From Azolla caroliniana (taxonomy: Eukaryota; Plantae; Polypodiophyta): 64,000 bases of DNA. A program made the position numbers and the translations under genes. The stretch is taken from NCBI GenBank assembly GCA_043228905.1, contig JBHGNT010000006.1, positions 9,486,001 to 9,550,000 on the forward strand, in the 5' to 3' direction. A model generated the notes under the pieces. The model did no database searches. It was not told where the DNA came from and was given only the letters and a program-made list of their open reading frames with translations. Shown piece by piece: positions 13,509 to 26,356 of this stretch (positions are counted from its first letter, which is position 1; every line of letters begins with the position of its first letter).

Positions 13509-14974
13509 TGTTACCGTACGAGATGTACGGGTGATTGATAAGTGAGGGTGAAAGATGTAATGTATGTGTAATCTTATACGATTATGAGCGTGAATCTAAG
13601 TGTGAATGTGGTAGATACAAAGAGGTGTGAGTGAGTGACTAGGTGTGAATGCCCAAGGGGCATGCACCCTTGTGTATCTACCCTTTTGTACCTATTTAGC
13701 CCCTTATGGGGAATGAATGAAGACAATAACCATTTCTCTCTCTCTCTCTCTCTCTCCCCTTACGTTGAACCCCCTTGGGAGGGGGGTGGAGCCATTCTAG
13801 GCACCACCCCCCACCCCTCAATGTTTGTCTTGTTCTTCATGATCTCTCACCATCATCATCACACATACATTATCAATCTACCATGATTGTTAACCCTATT
13901 CCTATCTTTATCATTATCAGTATGCTATCATAATCGTCATACTTAACCCTAAAATCCTATAACACCTTTTGGCGACCGCGATGGGATCCAATCAACATCA
14001 TCATTTTTCGCATATCGTCCATTTGATTTCTTTTAGGTTCATGAGTTTTTGAAATTCCGTAGGTGCCCTTTGATTTTTAAAATTTTAATTATGTACCCTT
14101 ATGTTTATGAAATCTGCTCGTTATACCCTCATGTATCTAGAATTCCAACAATGCCCTTAGGTTTGTTTTTCGAAATTTCTTGGATGTCCTCAGTTTCCAA
14201 ATTCCTAGAATGCTCCGTATGGTCTCTTTTTCCCTGCTTGTGTCAGATTGTGCTTTCTTCTTCTTTTGTTTTGGTGGTAGCTTTGGGTCATCTTTCCGTG
14301 ACATGAACATTCTCGTTCTGTCGACTTACGAACTTTGGTACCCTCTTTCGGGTCCTTAAAAACTTTGTGTGTATGTATATCTTCCTTTTGTCGATTTTGT
14401 GAGTTGTGTGTGGATCATGTCCATATCTTTTAGGTTTCTGAGTTTTTTTACAATTAGTATTGTACCCTCTAATTATTTTTTTTAAAATTCTATTCTATAC
14501 CCCTATTCTCTTTCCCTCTCTTTTTATATATTATTATTATTATTACATATTTTCCTCCTATTCTCGTAGCGGGAACCAATGTTCTTCTTTACTTCTTCTT
14601 CTTGTGTGTCATATCATGTCGTTTCTCTGTTTCTCTCTTCTCTTCTTCTTCATCTTCTTTTTATCTGTTCTTCTTCCGTTGCGACTATTGGTTCTCCTTC
14701 CTCTCTCTATTTCTCCATCTTCTTCTATTTTCTCTTTCTTGCTTCTCTGTTTCTGTTCCTATTCATCACCGCCTTCCTCTGTGCTCTATTCATCTCTGCC
14801 TCAACAGCGCACGCTCTCGGGCATCTGTGTCTGTGTGTGTCTTTCTGTTTGACTCCTTTCAAGGTCTTGTCGTCACTGTCTTTTTTTCTTTGTCTCTATC
14901 GTCTACTAGCCATGTCTATCTTCGTCATCGATAATCATCATTGCCATTAACCCTAACCCTAAAATCATACAACA
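13509..14974 (+). mobile_element. Non-coding LTR-derived element (TRIM-like or internally deleted gypsy) inserted in the RNase H of B
   Basis: TG...CA ends; TSD TATCA at 13504-13508 and 14975-14979; LTR-like segment 13509-13964 followed by PBS-like TGGCGACCGCGATGGGAT; host reading NPLYH|AKTKHIE rejoins across it. Confidence 0.85.
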
Positions 14975-15380
14975 TATCATGCAAAGACGAAGCATATTGA
15001 GGTATGGTATCATCACATCCGGGAGCTCATAACTAAGAAGAGGCTCGAAGTCCGGAAGATCAACACCGAGGTGAACATCGCTAATTACCTGACAAAGCCA
15101 CTCCCAGATCAACACTTCGGAGCACTAAGGACAAAGATGGGACTACAACAAGTGACTGAGAAGAAGAAAGTCAAGCGAGGAGCAAAAGGTAAGAGTCGAT
15201 CGAATCAATCATGATAATGAGTCATGCCAAGCTCGACACGGACCTCACCTTTGTTGACTCGACTATATGCCGACTGACTTGTATCATAAATTTAGACTAC
15301 TGTTGTAATCTAGGATTACGGGGGAGACAACCCCAAACACATGTACATGTAGGAAAGAGTAGTCCTTTTATGGGGGAGTT

Positions 15381-15653
15381 TGTTGGCATAAAAGGCCGAC
15401 TCCTTCCACTTTGTAGATCCTAGTGTGAACTCGTCCACATAGTTAGGGCGTAGTATATAAGCAATAACCTAACATTGTGAAGAAGATCTTGATCAAATAT
15501 CGGATATCGAGTTTCTGAGAGAGAGACACACAAAACGTAATAGAGATTCCATTAAAGCTTCAATCTGTGTATATCTTTGCTTCTCTTTCTGTGTTGTTTT
15601 CTGAGTACGAATGAAGTCAGATCCTCATACGTTTCCGCATACAATTACGCTTC
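15381..15653 (+). repeat. 3' LTR of family B, 3' end lost
   Basis: TGTTGGCATAAAAGG after PPT; TATA at about 15455; same start as the LTR at 48425. Confidence 0.85.
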
Positions 15654-17639
15654 AGAAGGGACCAATATCTTAACAATCCCCTCTTCACTCCGGCATGGGT
15701 TCTTCATTAACCCGATCCATCTCCGACATGAGTCTAGCTTGTCAACTGACAACACCTTGGTCAGCATATCCGACCTGTTCTACTCTGTGTGGATCTTCAC
15801 CAGAGTGAAGTCTTGGTCTTCTACTTTCTCCCGAAGCCAGTGGTATCTGCACTGGATGTGCTTTGTTCTAGAGTGGTAGGCCATATTCTTTGCAAGGTGG
15901 ATACCACTTTGACTGTCGTAGTGGAGTCGGTATTCCTCCTATCAGATCCCCAGCTCTCCAATGAAGTTCTTCATCCAGACTATTTCCTTTCCAGCTTCCA
16001 CTATTGCCATGTACTCCGTTTCCATTGTCGATAGTGCAATGGACTTCTACAACCTCGACTGCCATGATACAGCTCCCCCTGCATATGTCATTTTCGGTTA
16101 GGGGTCAAGTGGAATAATGATCTGAAGTCGACCACCCACGTGATTTCGTTGTTTACAAGATGCAGGTCACTCTCCTCAATGATTAGTAGCAGTTCCTCTT
16201 CACTTGTTGCAATTGCCGACGTTCCTCTTCTCTCCTAAATCTTCTTGGGTTCCGGATTGTCGGCTCCCCTTTGACTTTCTAGAGTGTCGGCAATTCTGAT
16301 GGAAATGCCCTTGGCAGCTTTTTTCAATAAAAGCAAGTGGGCCTCCCTCTTGACTTCGACCTCGTCCTCGACTTCTCCCGGTTTTGGGGACTTCAATTCC
16401 GGCCTCTTCCCCGGTTATTGTCGTCTTTTGTGACTAGGGCTTTCGTGTCATTTCTGGACTCCCGGTCCTTCCGACGTGCTTCTTCGTTTAGCAAACTTGA
16501 CTTCACTCTCGCTCGGGATAAGTTCTTTCCTTCCGGTCCGGCATTGCCCAAAGTGACAACCAATGTCTCCCAGCTATTCAGAAGAGATCCGAGCAATAAC
16601 AATGCTAGTACCTCGTCGTCTAATGGTACTTCGAACGAGGTAGTCTGGTTTATCAGCCCTTGGAAAGCGTTCATATGCTCTGCCATGCTGGCGCCGTCTT
16701 GATATCGGAGCCTCACTATCTTCCAGAATACCAAGACCTGATTTACGGCATTCTTGTTCTCCAACATCTTGCTAATCTTCTCCCAGAGCTCATTGGCCTT
16801 GTTCTCTTCATTAAAGTTATTGTACAGTCTCATGTTGATGAAGCATCGAATGTATGCTATCGTTTTCATGTGCATTACCTCCCAGGTCGCGGCATTGATC
16901 TTGTCCGGTCTTTTGTCCCCAAACTGTACCGGCAACCAAAGATCTTTTACCACCAACATGTCCTTCATCTTCAACTTCCATACTGAGTAGTTGGAGCTGG
17001 TGAGCTTGAACATGCCATCGAATGAATCTTCCCTTTTCGTTTCCTTTGTTGGTAGCTCTGATACCAGTTTGATCAAAATAGTGCTCGGCCACAACCGAGT
17101 TCCACAATGCAAATGGAAGATTAAATTAGAAATTAACAAAGCACCTCACAAGATGTAAGAGATGACACCAAATGTTAACGTGGAAAACCCTAATTGGGAA
17201 AAACCAGGAGAGCCCATAGGCTCCAACCTATATCATTAGAAAGAGGAGGGGTACAAAGGGAGACTCCGAGGCAAATGACCTCGAGCTCTGTCTTCGCCAA
17301 CCGGTGGTTACAACAGAAAAATACTTTCTGTTCCTCTCACTCTCTCGTTGTCTCTCTCTGTGTGCAACACTCACAATAATAACAACAACATGACTACACA
17401 ATAATAATCACACAACCCCTTAGTTTGCCCTAGTTATATTTATACTTATATAACTTACGGACTATTTACAAATGTGGCCTCAATGGCCCATAAGAAACAT
17501 ATTTATAAATCTGTCTCTCTTCCGGTTCCAGTAGGTTCAGCTTCCGGATATCCTTCCGGATCAATCCGATCCGACTTCCTCCTCCAGATCCTCCGATCCG
17601 GCTCGACCGATCCCCATTCAGAGGACTGATATCTCAACA
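15651..17639 (-). mobile_element. Internally deleted copia D (E-related): 5' LTR, PBS and gag fused to RNase H; PPT and about 25-nt 3' LTR remnant
   Basis: LTR 17070-17639; PBS 17055-17066; gag (MFKLTSSNYSVWK); deletion junction near 16092 joins protease FHLTP to RNase H MTYAGGAVSWQ; PPT about 15676-15688. Confidence 0.9.
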
Positions 17640-17875
17640 TAGTTTTGGCTAGAAGATTTGAGATGTCTAGATTACACGATCAAAGAAACCTATTTATATA
17701 GAGAAGAGATTAAGATCAAGGTGGGACTAGATTTAAAGAATAGTGGAAGGATATCCTTGAGTTTGAGCTTTGAAAGTTTTTTATTGGTAGTCATGTCACC
17801 TTGGACATCTAGACCTCCCATATGACCTTGTAATCGTTACCCCATAGGTTGGTTTGTTGACAAAGTATACGTATT

Positions 17876-20800
17876 TGTTAGGAAACAGGTCCCTCTGGAT
17901 GGGAAGTAAGAGGCCGAATCCGGATGTGGAGTACCCGGCAATGGAAAACCCGGTGAGAACCGGATGTGGAGTACCTGGCAATGGAAGACCCGGTGAGAAC
18001 CGGATGTTGTAGGCCCGGTGAGAACCTCTCATCGGATGGAAGGGACATATATGTAAATATGTTCCAGAGAGCCCACTAGGGCTATATTTGTAAATAGCCC
18101 GAAAGTCATATTAGTATAAATATGACCTAGGGCAAACTTAATAGTTATGATAGAGTTATTGGTGTAACCTTTGTACAGTGTGTAAGAGAGAGAGCGACAT
18201 AACGAGATTGTGCCTCTGTTGTAACCGCCTGGTGGCGAAGCAAGGGAGCAAGAGGTCGTTGCCTCTGTGCCCCATTGTTGTAATCTTGATATAGTGATAT
18301 TTTGCAGTCTGAGAGCTGCCGTGGTTTTTCCCATATTTGGGTTTTCCTCGTCAACATCCAGTACACTCTCTTCTTTACTATTTCATGTGTAGATACATCT
18401 CTCCACATCCCTGTTTTTTGTGACTGATCCGATGTCTCGATTGTGGCCGAGCATAGCTTAGGGAGGCGTATTCCTATCGTATCAGAGCGAAACGACACAG
18501 AAAAATGGACGATTCGTTGGGAGGCATGTTCAAGCTCACCGGCTCCAACTATTCAGTGTGGAAGTCGAAGATGAGGGACATGCTCGTGGTTAAAGACCTT
18601 CGGTTGCCGGTTCAGTTCGGGGATAAGAGACCGGACAAGATCAATGCCACGATATGGGAGGTGATGCACATGAAGACAACAACGTACATATGGTGCTTCA
18701 TGGACATGAGTCTATACAACAACTTCAATGAAGAGAGCAAGGCTCATGAGGTCTAGGAGAAGATCGGCATTATGTTTAGAACAAAAATGTCGTTAATTCA
18801 GGTTTCAGTATTTCGAAAGCTAGTAAGACTCCGATATCAAGATGGCTCTAGCATGGCAGAGCACATGAATGCCTTCCAGGGGCTGATACACCAGGCAACA
18901 TCATTAGAAGTACCTCTCGCCGATGAGGTACTAGCACTACTCCTGCTCGGTTCCCTCCCAGATAGTTGGGAGACGTTGGTTGTCACTTTGGGCAACGCTG
19001 GGCCGGAAGGAAAACGGTTATCCCTAGCAAGGGTGAAGTCGAGCTTGCTAGATGAGGAGGCGCGTCGGAAAGACAAGGATACGAACTCCGACTCCAAAGC
19101 GCTCATTACTGAATCGGAACGCGGAAGACAAAGGAACCGTAGTCCCTAGAACCGGGAGAAGTCGGGGACACGGTCAAAGTCAAGGGGGAGGCCTACTTGC
19201 TTCTATTGCGGCAAGCCGGGACACTTCCAGAAGAACTATCGGCACTTCCAAAAAGACAAGGAAACCGACGGTACCGATTCAAAGCGGACACTGGACCGAA
19301 ACGGTAAAGACCGGAGGGGGCCGGACCGGAAGGGAACGACGGCAATCGCGGCAAGTGAAGAAGAGTTGATGCTCATCACAGAGGAGAGTGAGCTAAACCT
19401 TGTTGGCGACGAGATGACCTAGGTGGTCGATTCCGGAGCGTCGTTCCACCTTACCCCGGACCGGAAATGCTTCTCATCCTACTCAACCGGTGATCACTGT
19501 TGTGTCCAGATGGGGAATGAAGGTACATGCCGAATTGTTGGCATAGGAGACGTGTGGTTGACAACACCAACCGGATGCAAGTTGCTGCTGAAGGATGTCT
19601 AACACGTTCCGGAGGTTCGACTGAACCTGATATCAGCCGATCGGCTAGATGATGAAGGCTACGCGAGTAGCATACAGAATGATGTTATGAAGTTCAGCAA
19701 AGGGAGCCTGATTGTGGCTCGGGCCTGGAAGGTCAACACGTTGTACCTGATGAATGCCTGGTTATTCCCGCAAGAAGTGAACGTGTCTTCCGACACTGCC
19801 GGTGAGCTGTGGCACAAGAGGCTATGTCACATGAGTGAGAAGGGGATGAAGAGGCTTGCAGACGACAACCTCATTCTAGTGAAGAACGTGCACTTGGAGA
19901 AGTGTATTGATTGTCTGGCCGGTAAGCAAAACTGGACCTCCTTCCGACCAAGGCCACCGATGAGATGTAATGCACCATTCGAGTTGGTGCATACTGATGT
20001 GTGTCAAGTGGACACGAAGTCACATGCCGGATCACAGTACTTCGTGACGTTCATAGATGACCACAACCGGAAGCTATGGGCAACACCGTTGAAGATGAAG
20101 GATCAGATGCTATCCGTCTTCAAAGAACTCCACGCGAGAGTGGAAAGAGAAACCGGCCGGAAGCTGAAGGCGGTTCGAGCAGATAACGGAGGAGAATATC
20201 AGGGGTAGTTCGAGGAGTACTGCCGCTCGAAGGGAATCCGGCTTGAATTTACCGTGCTGAAGACGCTGGATTTGAACGGGCTGGTCGAGAGGATGAACCG
20301 GACCATAATGAAGAGGGTCTGGAGTATGCTAGTGCATGCAAAACTACCCAAGAAGTTTTGGGCTGAGGCACTGTCGACGGCGACATATGTGATAAACAGA
20401 TCACCCTCAGCACCCTTGGACGGAGACACACCACAAAGAGGCTGGACCGGTAAGGAAGTGTCCTACCGGCATCTGAAGGTATTTGGGTGTCTTGCGTATG
20501 TGCATGTAGCTAAGGACCGGAGAGGAAAATTAGATCCGAAGACCCAGCCATGCATATTCCTCGGTTACCGCGACGATAAGTTCGGCTACCGAGTCTGGGA
20601 CCTAGCAGACAAGAAGGTATTCCGGAGTCGAGAAATTATCTTCATGGAGGACAAGACGCTCGCCGACCCGGAGTCGAAGAAGAAGATAATGAACTCCGAG
20701 TCGACCGGTAAGGATCGATTCTACGATGAGCAAACCCAACCGGCAAGAGACCGGTTAACACTCAATGAACCGTCCGGTGACGGTAAGGAGACATGACATG

Positions 20801-23135
20801 CCGAAGAAGAAGGAATAGGTGAAACCAGAACCGGCCAAGACCCCGAATCGGATTCGGATGAAGAGCAAATGGAGGAGCCGGTTGCTGAAGCCCAAAGACG
20901 GAGATATCCTCTCAGAGAGAGAAGGACCACCCGGAGATTTCCGGATGCAGAACATCTGCTGCTAACCGATGAGGGGGATCCAGAAAGCTTCGAAGAAGCG
21001 AAGGATGACACCCACAGCTGCAAATGGTTAAGTGCCATGCAGGATGAGATGGATTCCTTACATGAGAACCATACGTACGAATTGGTAGAGTTGCCGAAAG
21101 GAAAGCGGGCACTCCGAAACAAGTGGGTGTACAAGTTGAAACCGGGAGATGCCGGCAACCCCCCGAGATACAAAGCCAGGATCGTGGTGAAGGGGTTCCA
21201 GCAGAAGAAGGGTGTGGACTTCGACAAGATATTTGCCCCGGTAGTAAAGATGACCTCCATTCGGACGGTGCTGAGTATAGCAGCAAGCATTGACCTCGAG
21301 GTAGAGCAGCTGGACGTGAAGACGGCATTCCTTCACGGCAACCTCGAAGAGGAGATCTACATGCAGCAACCGGAAGGATTCGTGGAGAAAGTGAAGGAGC
21401 ACCTGGTATGCCGGTTGAAGAAGAGCCTGTACGGACTGAAGTAGGCTCCCCGTCAATGGTACCGGAAGTTCGACTCCTTCATGACCGATCAAGGGTACCA
21501 CAAGACGCAGGCCGATCACTGCGTATTTGTGAAGAAGTTTGAAGGTGGAGACTTCTTGATACTCCTTCCATACGTGGACGACATGTTGATCGTCGAATGG
21601 GACCAAGCCAAAATACGGATGTTGAAGAAGGCTCTCAACCAAAGTTTCTCAAGGAAAGACTTGGGTCCGGCAAGCCAGATACTAGGGATGCACATCATCC
21701 GGGACCGGTGAAAGAAGCAATTGTGGTTGTCACAAGAGAAATATGTGACAAAGGTGCTTCAGCGATTCAACATGTTAGAAGCGAAACCGGTCAGATCGAC
21801 ACTCCCGGCAAATTGCAAATTATCCGGCAAGCAAACCCTGAAGACGAAAGCAAAGAAGGTGGATATGATGAAGGTTCCATATGCCTCTGTCGTCGGGAGC
21901 TTGATGTACGCAATGGTGTGTACTCGGACAGATATTGGATACGCAGTCAGAGTGGTGAGCTGGTTTATGAGCAATCCCGGCAAGGAGCTCTGGAACGCAG
22001 TCCAATGGATATTCCGGTACTTGAAGGGCACTTCGAATATGTGTCTCCGATTTGGCTCCTGTAAACCTCAACTTGATGGTTTTACCGATTCGGACATGTC
22101 GGGTTATGTGGATACCAGCCGGTCTACATCCGGGTATGTAATAACATATGTAGGGGGAGCTGTTCCGTGGCAGTCGAGGCTGCAGAAGACGGTTGCGTTG
22201 TCAACCACGGAGGCGGAGTACATGGCGGCTGTGGAATCCGGCAAGGAAATACTATGGATGAAGGACTTCATCGGAGAGCTCGGTATCCGGCAAGATGAAT
22301 ACCGGCTCTATTGTGACAGTCAAAGTGCCATCCATCTTGCCAAGAACGCAGCGTACCATTCCAGGACGAAGCACATCCAGCGTAGGTATCACTGGATTCG
22401 GGAGCGAGTAGAAGATCGAGAGTTCGCACTGACGAAGATCCACACGGCCGAGAACGGGTCAGATATGTTGACCAAAGTACTAATACCCGACAAGCTGGAT
22501 GCATGTCGGAAGCGGATCGGACTAATAAGACATCCCATGCCGGAGTGAAGGGGGAGTTTGTTAGGAAACAGGTCCCTCTGGATGGGAAGTAAGAAGAATA
22601 GTGTTAATGAGAAACTCAGTCGAGGCCGAATCCGGATGTGGAGTACCCGGCAACGGAAGACCCGATGAGAACGGGATGTTGCAGGCCCGGTGAGAACCTC
22701 TCATCGGATGGAAGGGACATATATGTAAATATGTTCCAGAGAGCCCATTGGGGCTATATTTGTAAATATGACCTAGGGCAAACTTAGTAGTTATGATAGA
22801 GTTATTGGTGTAACCTCTGTATAGTGTGTAAGAGAGAGAGAGAGAGAGAGCGACATACCGAGATTGTGCCTCTGTTGTAACCGCCTGGTGGCGAAGCGAG
22901 GGAGCAAAAGGTCGTTGCCTCTGTGCCCCATTGTTGTAATCTTGATATAGTGATATTTTGCAGTCTGAGAGCTGCCGTGGTTTTTCCCATATTTGGGTTT
23001 TCCACGTCAACATGTAGTGCACTCTCTTCTTTACTGTTTCGTGTGTAGATACATCTCTCCACATCCCTGTTTTCTGTGATTGATCCGACGTCTCGGTTGT
23101 GGCCGAGCATAGCTTAGGGAGGCGTATTCTTATCA
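17876..23135 (+). mobile_element. Ty1/copia family E copy E1 (Tnt1/Tork-like by inference), full length, pseudogenised
   Basis: LTRs 17876-18478 and 22559-23135; TSD GTATT at 17871-17875 and 23136-23140; PBS partly deleted; PPT GAAGGGGGAG; gag, PR, INT, RT and RH all present with stops. Confidence 0.97.
18505..22548 (+). pseudogene. gag-pol: Disrupted gag-pol of E1
   Basis: Collinear with the 29185-33231 polyprotein; multiple premature TAG/TGA/TAA codons and a frameshift. Confidence 0.92.
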
Positions 23136-24663
23136 GTATTTGATTCCCAAATATCGGGGAACTTGTCAATGAGCTCTCTTGGCCACTTTATATTGTTTAA
23201 TTAATAGTATTAACTAGGTAAAGATAACGTTTTCTTTTGTAGTATAAATCAATGTTTTCTCTTTTTGAGCATGTAATAGGTCTTATCCTTTCAAGGGCAT
23301 TTAATTTCAATGAAATGTACTTTAGGTTTACCACATGCTTCATTGTCGTTTCTTGTTCATCATGAATATAGGTTTTTGCATATGTTTCCTTTAGGGGGTA
23401 TTGAACCGATATTCCAATTGATGTAGTGCATATCACATCATGAAAAAGTTTGCCAATTCTAACCAATCAATGCAAGGAGAGTAATATGTACATAGTACTT
23501 AACAATTAACAACTTTAATAACTGTATAACACTTAGTATGACCACACCCATATGCAAAAGAAACCCTAACCCTATATGCAATAAACAACCAACCTTAACC
23601 AAGCAAGCTTCATTAATTCATATTAACTCAAAACATTGTTATATTGCAAAATGAACTCATTACAGTCATTACAGTTCATTTGTTTCATATAGTAAACATT
23701 GTAGCATCACGAAGACACTCTATTTAATCAAAGGCACATGATTGCTCATGATAGTTCTTACTTTTATTGGGCGCATCTTTGCCTCTTGTTTTTCGTAAGA
23801 TCTTTTTTAGCACAAAAATAAAGCCCAATTCCACATTCCCCTTGTTTGCCGGTCTTTTCAATCATATTGCTTTCAACTTCATGTGGTAATCTTAATTATT
23901 TGTATGAACTAGAGAAATATGGACTAAATGTATTATGTGGCAATCTTCAAGAATTCATTTCTCATATCCAATATGCACATTGGAAATACAAGACACACAC
24001 ACACATGATGATGATGATGACAATGCTATTTCAATGAACCATGCTAACATGATTTCAATAAACATGAAAGGTAAGAGAGAAACGGAAAGGAGCACTTCAA
24101 CAAAATGGTAAGAGAAAATGGGGAAAATCTTTTTACGTGATTTGAATGATCAACTAGGAATGCAGGTTATTACCAATGAGCTAGTTAAGAATCTCTCTTC
24201 AGTCCCAATTGAGGATTGCGAGACAAACCATGCCAAATATACCATTTAAAATTGGTTAATGATGATGCTAAATTTGATCACAGAGTTGATTATAGTTGCT
24301 AGTTTTACACATGTTTCGGTAGTTTTTATAGCTTGCAAGTATGTAGGTGATTTGAAACAAACATTGGGGTTTTCCACTCATTTGCTAAAAAGTCAATGTT
24401 GCTTTAGTGCTTTTTTCCCATCTTTCTAAACCATTTAGGAGATCATGCAAATCAAGCAATCAAATGATCTACATGTCAAATTTTATGCCACATTAGAAGA
24501 TTGTTCAAAGTAACCATTCAACAAATCCTTACATATCATGTTTTCAACCAATGGTTCATTTTGAAGTACCAAGAAAATCAAGCATTATGGAAAACAATAG
24601 TTTAATCAGTAGGACACATTTTACACATTGGACCCATTGATATTAGTTAAGGATGCCCCTTCT

Positions 24664-26356
24664 TTATCTCTTCCTAAAGATGTTGAGGAAACCCCTTTGC
24701 TTCTTTTCACCATCATCATCATCATTGTCGTCATCGTCGTCGTCATCGTCGTCTTCTTCATCACCATATGACCTTTCTTTCAGATAATAATCTTCACCAA
24801 ACCCTCTTGACTTAGTTGTGGGTTTGTCTTTGTCTTTGTCTTTGTCATCCTTTGTTTCAGAGGCCCTACATAAGAAAATTACCAAATTTGAGTCTTTGGA
24901 ATCATTGATAGATAAGATAAGAGCATTTGCGCACATTGTTACAAAACAAGTGATATGAACAACTATATTATTTTTTTAATACGTATCATTATTACTACTT
25001 AAAGTTTTGCTCTCCCTAGTAGTAGAATGGTAAATTGTCATGGTTCGAATAAGTCATAAGAACAACTATCTTTTTCTTTATTGATACATGTATATGATTA
25101 CTACTACTATGTAATCATGAAGCATCAATGTTAATGGCAACAATAGAACACCTAGAAGGACGATGATAATCATAAGTGATGAAGTAGTTCCACCAAGAAT
25201 GGCCTTGATTGACATCACGAAATTCTCACCCTTTCGATATTTTATATCTCTCCTAAATGATGAATGGAATAAGGTATTGGGACAAGACCTATCATACCTT
25301 TATGCCCAAAAGACTTGGATTCCACCAAGGGAGCCTTTTCCCCCAAGGATGGCCTGCTACATAAATCATTTTGTGAACTTCTCATAGGAGAGGTTCAAAG
25401 AGAGATTGAGGTACATTGACATTGACATGCCACATGAGTACCCATCTACAATAGGCCAACTCAAGAGTTTCATCCATCCATGAACTAGAGATTGAAAAGA
25501 AAGGCAGGCACTTTTGCATACCTAGAGGCCGAAACATTTTACAAAGTATGCGAAGGAGAGATCGAAAGAAAGCAAGGAACATTTTGTGTACATCCCCGAC
25601 TTATAAGGACATCCGAGAAAAGTGTGCTATGAGCGGAGAATTGCCGACAACAATAGAGACCACGAATACGAGGATATAGAGCACATGGATCATACCATCA
25701 CTAGATCGTGGAGATCATAGCTTGTCATGTCTGATTCGCACAAGGACATGTAGGTGCACATGGATGTACTTGATTCGCCACTTTACAAAAGCTATGGCAC
25801 TAGGCCCACTTTCGAGATCCCGAAAATGAAATGATTGGGTATTACCCTAGAGTTTAACATTAGCAACAATCATACCACACATAACAAAAGTTTTGAGGAT
25901 AAAGATTTGAAATGCAAACACATACAGAAAGGCCCAAGCCAATCCAATACAGTTGAGGGGGATCTAAGTTATATATTGAAGGTGTAAGGATTTGAATTCA
26001 CGACCTTCTGTTGATAGTCTAGTAGCCTACCATTAGATTCAAAAGACACAATGGCATGGATGGATGAGAATTATATACCCTGATGAAGACTTTGTTTCTG
26101 TGTCTGTCGAAGAGACAATGGTTTTGCGGAAATCGGAGAATTTTGGAGCTCCCGAGAAACCTCTGCTCATCACCGTCGGGGTGGATATGGCGCCCACATC
26201 CACAACCACTTCACTCTCTGCTTCTTTTGCCTTCTGCCTCTGTTTCTCTTCACTTTCTTCTTCTTCTTCTTCTTCTTCTTCTCCTCCTTCTTTTATGTTC
26301 TCTTCGCTTTCTTCTTTTTCTTCTTCTCCCTGATGTGCATAAGGTTGATCAGACAT
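24664..26356 (-). CDS. Putative host gene, two exons (26356-26079, 24865-24664), 159-aa acidic low-complexity protein of unknown function
   Basis: ATG at 26356; GT donor at 26078 (phase 2) and TTTTCTTATGTAG acceptor at 24866 join in frame (..KSSSG|ASETKDD..); TAA at 24664; E-rich and D-rich tracts; lies in the only AT-rich, non-TE island. Confidence 0.7.

Larger units (their letters stand above)
5300..15653 (+). mobile_element. Ty1/copia family B, 5'-truncated (no gag or 5' LTR seen), split by nested insertions
   Basis: Protease-end/GAG-pre-integrase (LWHGRLSHMS), integrase and RT (MDVKTTFLHG, YVNDML) to 8157; RNase H resumes at 13118-13508 and 14975-15150 across the TSDs; PPT about 15371-15380; 3' LTR from 15381. 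Confidence 0.9.

Noticed and set aside
14460-14950. Hydrophobic F/L/S-rich ORFs as membrane or env-like proteins
   Set aside because: All three frames are open because the DNA is CT-rich and stop-poor; no motif support
14948-14963. Interstitial telomere array
   Set aside because: Only about two AACCCT units; such motifs are common in these LTRs
25140-25900. Additional exons or a separate gene within the host intron
   Set aside because: Short ORFs with no recognisable content; the flanking exons already join in frame; probably a decayed repeat, though not excluded
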